Below are positions 60,195-64,000 of a stretch of DNA of 64,000 nt, one piece after another; the stretch's first letter is position 1; every line of letters starts with the position of its first letter. A program made the translations under genes and the position numbers. Under the pieces are notes generated by a model. That model was not told the DNA's origin. It searched no databases and saw only the letters and a program-made list of their open reading frames with translations. Origin of the DNA: Verrucomicrobiota bacterium (lineage in GTDB: Bacteria > Verrucomicrobiota > Verrucomicrobiia > Limisphaerales > Palsa-1400); contig JBEKYR010000016.1 in NCBI GenBank assembly GCA_049510745.1, positions 28,743 through 92,742 of the forward strand, written 5' to 3'.

Positions 60195-60818
60195 ATGAAT
60201 TCGCCAGATCGAAAAATTCAATGGGCCGTTTGGGGCGGCCTGATCCTCACGATCTCCGCCATCCTCGCCGCCTTTGTCGCCGCGCCCTCCAAAGGCAAGC
60301 CCCTGCCCGTCTATGGCGCCCTGCCCCCCTTCCAACTCACCGACCAAAACAACCGGACGACGACCCTCGAGAGCCTGCGCGGACAAATCTGGATCGCCGA
60401 CGTTATTTTCACCCGTTGCGCCGGCCAATGCCTCATCATGTCCGCGCACATGAAGGACCTTCAATCCGCCCTGCCCCCCGGCTCGCCCGTCAAACTGCTT
60501 TCCTTCACCACCGACCCCGCCTTCGACACCCCCGCCGTCCTGAAAAAGTACGCCGGCCGTTTCGGCGCGCGGGACGGCCAGTGGGTCTTCTTGACCGGCG
60601 ACAAAGCCGCCCTACGCCGCGCGACCGTGGACGGCCTGAAACTCACCGTCGTGGACAAAGCGCCCGGCGACCAGGAAAACGCCACTGATTTCTTTATCCA
60701 CAGCGCCAAATTCGTGCTGATCGACAAAAGCGGGCGCATTCGGGGTTATTACGACGGCGAAACCCCGGAGGCCGTCACCCAGGTCCTGGCCGCGGCCCAA
60801 TCCCTGGCCCGCGAATGA
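60195..60818 (+). CDS. SCO family copper chaperone
   Basis: FTRCAGQC, DPAFDTP, IHS, LIDKSGRIRGYY. Confidence 0.92.
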   Translation: MNSPDRKIQWAVWGGLILTISAILAAFVAAPSKGKPLPVYGALPPFQLTDQNNRTTTLESLRGQIWIADVIFTRCAGQCLIMSAHMKDLQSALPPGSPVKLLSFTTDPAFDTPAVLKKYAGRFGARDGQWVFLTGDKAALRRATVDGLKLTVVDKAPGDQENATDFFIHSAKFVLIDKSGRIRGYYDGETPEAVTQVLAAAQSLARE

Positions 60819-60837
60819 CCGCCATTTCCTGCCGCCC

Positions 60838-61269
60838 ATGACCCTGCGCGACCTGCCCGCCGTCAACGCGACCCTCAACGGGTTGAGCGCGATCCTTCTC
60901 GCCGCCGGCTACGTCTTCATCAAGAAGAAAAACATGAAGGCGCACCGCAACTGCATGATCGGCGCCTTCGCCACCTCGACGCTGTTTCTGGCCTGTTACC
61001 TCACGTATCATTTTCTGGTCCACACCCTGACGCGATTTGAAAACCCGGCGTGGTTCCGGCCGATTTACCTGGGCATCCTGCTGACGCACACGCTCCTGGC
61101 CGTGGTCATCGTGCCGTTGGTTTTCATGACGTTAAGCCGCGCCTTGCGGGAGCGATTTGACCGGCACAAAAGCATCGCCCGCTGGACCTGGCCGATATGG
61201 ATGTACGTCTCGGTGACGGGCGTGGTGGTGTATCTGATTCTGTATCAAATCTTTCCGCAGCGGCAATGA
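60838..61269 (+). CDS. DUF420 domain membrane protein
   Basis: LPAVNATLN, AHRNCM, YLTYH, THTLLA, HKSIARWT.PIWMYVSVTG. Confidence 0.92.
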   Translation: MTLRDLPAVNATLNGLSAILLAAGYVFIKKKNMKAHRNCMIGAFATSTLFLACYLTYHFLVHTLTRFENPAWFRPIYLGILLTHTLLAVVIVPLVFMTLSRALRERFDRHKSIARWTWPIWMYVSVTGVVVYLILYQIFPQRQ

Positions 61270-61299
61270 AGGCGGCGGTGAAACGGCGATGAAAACCGT

Positions 61300-61328
61300 T
61301 TGACGGGAGGGGGGGTTGTTTGTACATT
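61300..61328 (+). promoter_or_regulatory. sigma70-like promoter of tRNA-Asn
   Basis: TTGACG(61300-61305), 17 bp spacer, TACATT(61323-61328). Confidence 0.55.
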
Positions 61329-61345
61329 AGGTGTTCCATGAGGCA

Positions 61346-61420
61346 TCCAAAGTAGCTCAATGGTAGAGCACGCGGCTGTTAACCGTGTGGTTGTAGGTTC
61401 GAGTCCTACCTTTGGAGCCA
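61346..61420 (+). tRNA. tRNA-Asn (anticodon GTT)
   Basis: TCCAAAG...CTTTGGA acceptor stem, anticodon loop CTGTTAA, GGTTCGAGTCC T-arm, CCA end. Confidence 0.97.
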
Positions 61421-61486
61421 ATTTTTCGATTTGAATCTGAGATCTCAGTTCAGGTTAATCGGGCGAAGTGATTGAAGCTGAACGCG

Positions 61487-61768
61487 TTATGAGCCGGTGG
61501 CCGTGCGGATCGACAGGATTTCCTCGCTTCCATTCTCCTGAAGCTCGAATGAAACGTCGCCAACGATAATGCGCCTCTGTTCGGCGCCTGCCTCCCGAGC
61601 AACCTTAACCAGCGAGCGAGCCAAGGCGGAGAGGGCACGGTTCTGAGCTGGTGTGAACCGTTGCCCAACGGCACCTCCGATGCTGCGGTGCTTGCGATCT
61701 GCACCGACTGCCAGTGCGCCGAAAGCCTCGCCATCAGCCGCTTTCTGCAGGTCGATTCGCTGCTTCAT
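61487..61768 (-). CDS. small hypothetical protein, candidate antitoxin
   Basis: 93-aa ORF whose ATG overlaps (ATGA) the stop of the reconstructed GNAT gene. Confidence 0.6.
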   Translation of the reverse strand: MKQRIDLQKAADGEAFGALAVGADRKHRSIGGAVGQRFTPAQNRALSALARSLVKVAREAGAEQRRIIVGDVSFELQENGSEEILSIRTATGS

Positions 61769-62297
61769 AATTCTACTATGCCTCGCCTTTTGATTTCATC
61801 AAGCAATTGTTCCGCCGTCGCCACTTCGAGTGTGTAAACCGAGTTTCCCTCCGCCGATCGGCGGGGCTGTTTGGCCATGCCCAAGCTCTCATAGAAACTG
61901 GCGGCTCCCGGGAGTGATTCCAACCAAATCCGACGTACTTAAGCCCCCGACCCGCCGTGCGGTTGGCAGGGTTGGTCGCCAAGTAATCAACAATAATGCC
62001 TTTGGCCATTCCCGTCCTTTCCCCCGCGAGGTCCAGTGCCATAAGACCCTGGAGATTCCCGGCCGCAAAAGCCGCATAAGACTCAAACTGACCGCCCGAC
62101 ACCTTGCACTCCTGGAAAATGCTCCACCAATCCCAAGTACGATCCTCGTCGCGGGGCCGATACCGCCAACTTGTCCATAACAGCAAGTGCTCCTCAACGG
62201 CGATGTGGATAAGCCCGGGGACTCGTCCTCCAGACTTTTTGTCAACAAAGTCAGCAGCCAAAGGAAATTGCATCTTGCCCGTGAGCATATTGCCCAC
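61765..62297 (-). pseudogene. GNAT acetyltransferase (toxin-like), frameshifted by internal deletion
   Basis: First frame ...LQGLMAL...IVDYLATNPANR...KYVG; second frame RIWLESLPGAASFYESLGM...IVEL*. Junction near 61930. Confidence 0.7.
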
Positions 62298-62441
62298 ATG
62301 AAATCAGGTCAACCAGGCAAGCAATTCCTCAGGAGGGAGATCAATTTCTCCAGAAATTGTCCTTCCATTCTGGAGGGACATCCTCTACTTTTCACGAGTT
62401 GTCAATTGCCCGGTCACTTTCTCTTGTTAACACGGAATTGT

Positions 62442-64000
62442 ATGAAAACTATTATCTGCCTTGCGCTTGGAATCCTCGGATTCACCTTGCCTACCGTAGC
62501 GTCTGTCAGTGTCGTTGATTATTGGCATCTGGGCGAAAACGATCCCGGCGCCGCCGCCAACAGCGCGATGACCAACAGCCTGGACAGCGTGGGAGGCCGA
62601 ACGTGGACGCTCACCAACTCCGGCGCGCTGACCTATTCCGCGAATGTTTCCACGAACGCCGGCGCCGCCACCGGCTCTTACGTCGCGCTCCGATTCACCA
62701 ACAGCGCCTACGCAACATCGGCGGTGATTCCGGGTCTCAGGACTAATTTCGGGGTCGAGTTGTGGGTGAATCCGGCGACGGCAACGGGCTCCCAATCTAT
62801 TTTCTACAATGGCGACTCCGGCGCGAGCGGCTGGGGTTTGTATGTCTCCGGCAATACGTTCACCGGGCTTTTTGGCGGCGTCTCCTTCATCTTCGGCTCG
62901 GTCACGTTCACGCCGGGAACGTGGAACCACGTGGCGCTGGTGGAGTCGGACACGGTGGCCACGCTGTATGTGAATGGCGCCGTCTCAGGCACGCTTCCGC
63001 GCACCCCCGCCAGCCCGGCGGGCCAGATCACCGTGGGCGCAAACCACGGTGGGACCGAGAACTTTTCGGGCCTGATTGACGAAATCCGCGTGTTCACCTT
63101 TGCCTCCAATCAATTCAGCGTCGATGATCTGCTGCTCCATCAATCCCCTGTATTCACGATCAGCCCCACCAACCTGATTGAAGCCCCGGCCGGCGGGATG
63201 GACAACGTGAGCCTGGCTGTGTCGCCGACAAATGTCTCCTGGAGCGCCGCCGCCAATGCGCCCTGGCTCCATCTGGCGGCAACGAACGGCGTCGGCAACG
63301 CCACGATCCCTTTCAGCTTTGATCCGAACACGAATTCCGGCGCCACCCCGCAAAGCGGCGCTCTGACCATTGCCGGCCAGACTGTGTCCATCACCCAGGG
63401 TTGCCCAATCGCCATCACCAGCGCCAATAACGCCACCTTTCCGACCAGTCTCAGCAACTCGTTCACCTTCATTGCCGTTGACGTGCCCGCTCCGACGTTC
63501 ACAACGTCAAGTCCCTTGCCCGCGGGCGTGAGCCTCAGCCCCGCCGGAGTTTTGAGCGGCGTTCCGCCGGAGGGTTCAGGCGGCATTTACCCGTTGGCCA
63601 TTGTGGCCGGCAACGGCATTTCGCCAAACGCCACGCAGAATTTCACCTTAAACGTCATCGAACGCAGCGCCCTGGTGGTGAACCCGGTCACTTTCAACAC
63701 CAACGGATGGGGTTGGACGCTCAACGGCTCCACCGTTTACGATGGTTATTCGATCGCCAACAACGTGTTCACGCCGACCGATGGCTCGGATTCCGAGGCG
63801 ACCAGCGCTTGGTATGAGTATCCCCTTTCCGTCGGCAGCTTTCTGGCTTCTTTCACCTATCAGTCTGTTTTCGGGTACGCCGCCGACGGCGTTGCCTTTG
63901 TCCTCCAGACGGACACGAATGGCCCGGCTGCTCTCGGTGGCAATGGCGGTTACCTGGGCTACGTGGGCATCACGCCCAGCGTGGCGGTGATGCTGGACAT
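62442..64000 (+). CDS. large secreted multidomain protein (LamG, BACON-like, Ig-like, legume-lectin-like), 3' end runs off the window
   Basis: Manual translation from ATG 62442: signal peptide, YWHLGE, WNHVALV, FSGLIDEIR (LamG); WSAAANAPWL, LTIAGQTVSITQ (BACON); LPAGVSLSPAGVLSG (Ig); SAWY, ADGVAFVLQ, GGYLGY (L-lectin). Confidence 0.85.
   Translation, partial: MKTIICLALGILGFTLPTVASVSVVDYWHLGENDPGAAANSAMTNSLDSVGGRTWTLTNSGALTYSANVSTNAGAATGSYVALRFTNSAYATSAVIPGLRTNFGVELWVNPATATGSQSIFYNGDSGASGWGLYVSGNTFTGLFGGVSFIFGSVTFTPGTWNHVALVESDTVATLYVNGAVSGTLPRTPASPAGQITVGANHGGTENFSGLIDEIRVFTFASNQFSVDDLLLHQSPVFTISPTNLIEAPAGGMDNVSLAVSPTNVSWSAAANAPWLHLAATNGVGNATIPFSFDPNTNSGATPQSGALTIAGQTVSITQGCPIAITSANNATFPTSLSNSFTFIAVDVPAPTFTTSSPLPAGVSLSPAGVLSGVPPEGSGGIYPLAIVAGNGISPNATQNFTLNVIERSALVVNPVTFNTNGWGWTLNGSTVYDGYSIANNVFTPTDGSDSEATSAWYEYPLSVGSFLASFTYQSVFGYAADGVAFVLQTDTNGPAALGGNGGYLGYVGITPSVAVMLD

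Overview
GC-rich bacterial chromosomal window whose gene content and protein style suggest Verrucomicrobiota (inference from sequence character only). It is mostly housekeeping: bioB, hemA/hemC/hemL, ruvX-truA-trmL, lepA with two signal peptidase I genes, galE, eno, alaS, ribBA-ribH, a heavy-metal-type RND efflux operon, an aa3-type cytochrome c oxidase cluster, tRNA-Val(TAC) and tRNA-Asn(GTT). Small accessory islets include toxin-antitoxin genes next to both tRNAs, secreted LamG and subtilase proteins, and REP-like palindromes. The standout is a 1222-aa alanyl-tRNA synthetase with two in-frame inserts. The first is an apparently intact HUH/Y1 (RAYT-like) transposase domain bracketed by mirror-image REP-plus-hairpin ends; the second is an AT-richer segment of about 116 aa and unknown function. 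Also notable: a cytochrome oxidase subunit I lacking the K-channel lysine, a RelB/DinJ-MazF hybrid TA pair, a GNAT toxin-like gene broken by an internal deletion, a shared C-terminal sorting-like domain on two secreted proteins, and two atypical subtilases. All calls come from motif recognition by eye; no database searches were run.
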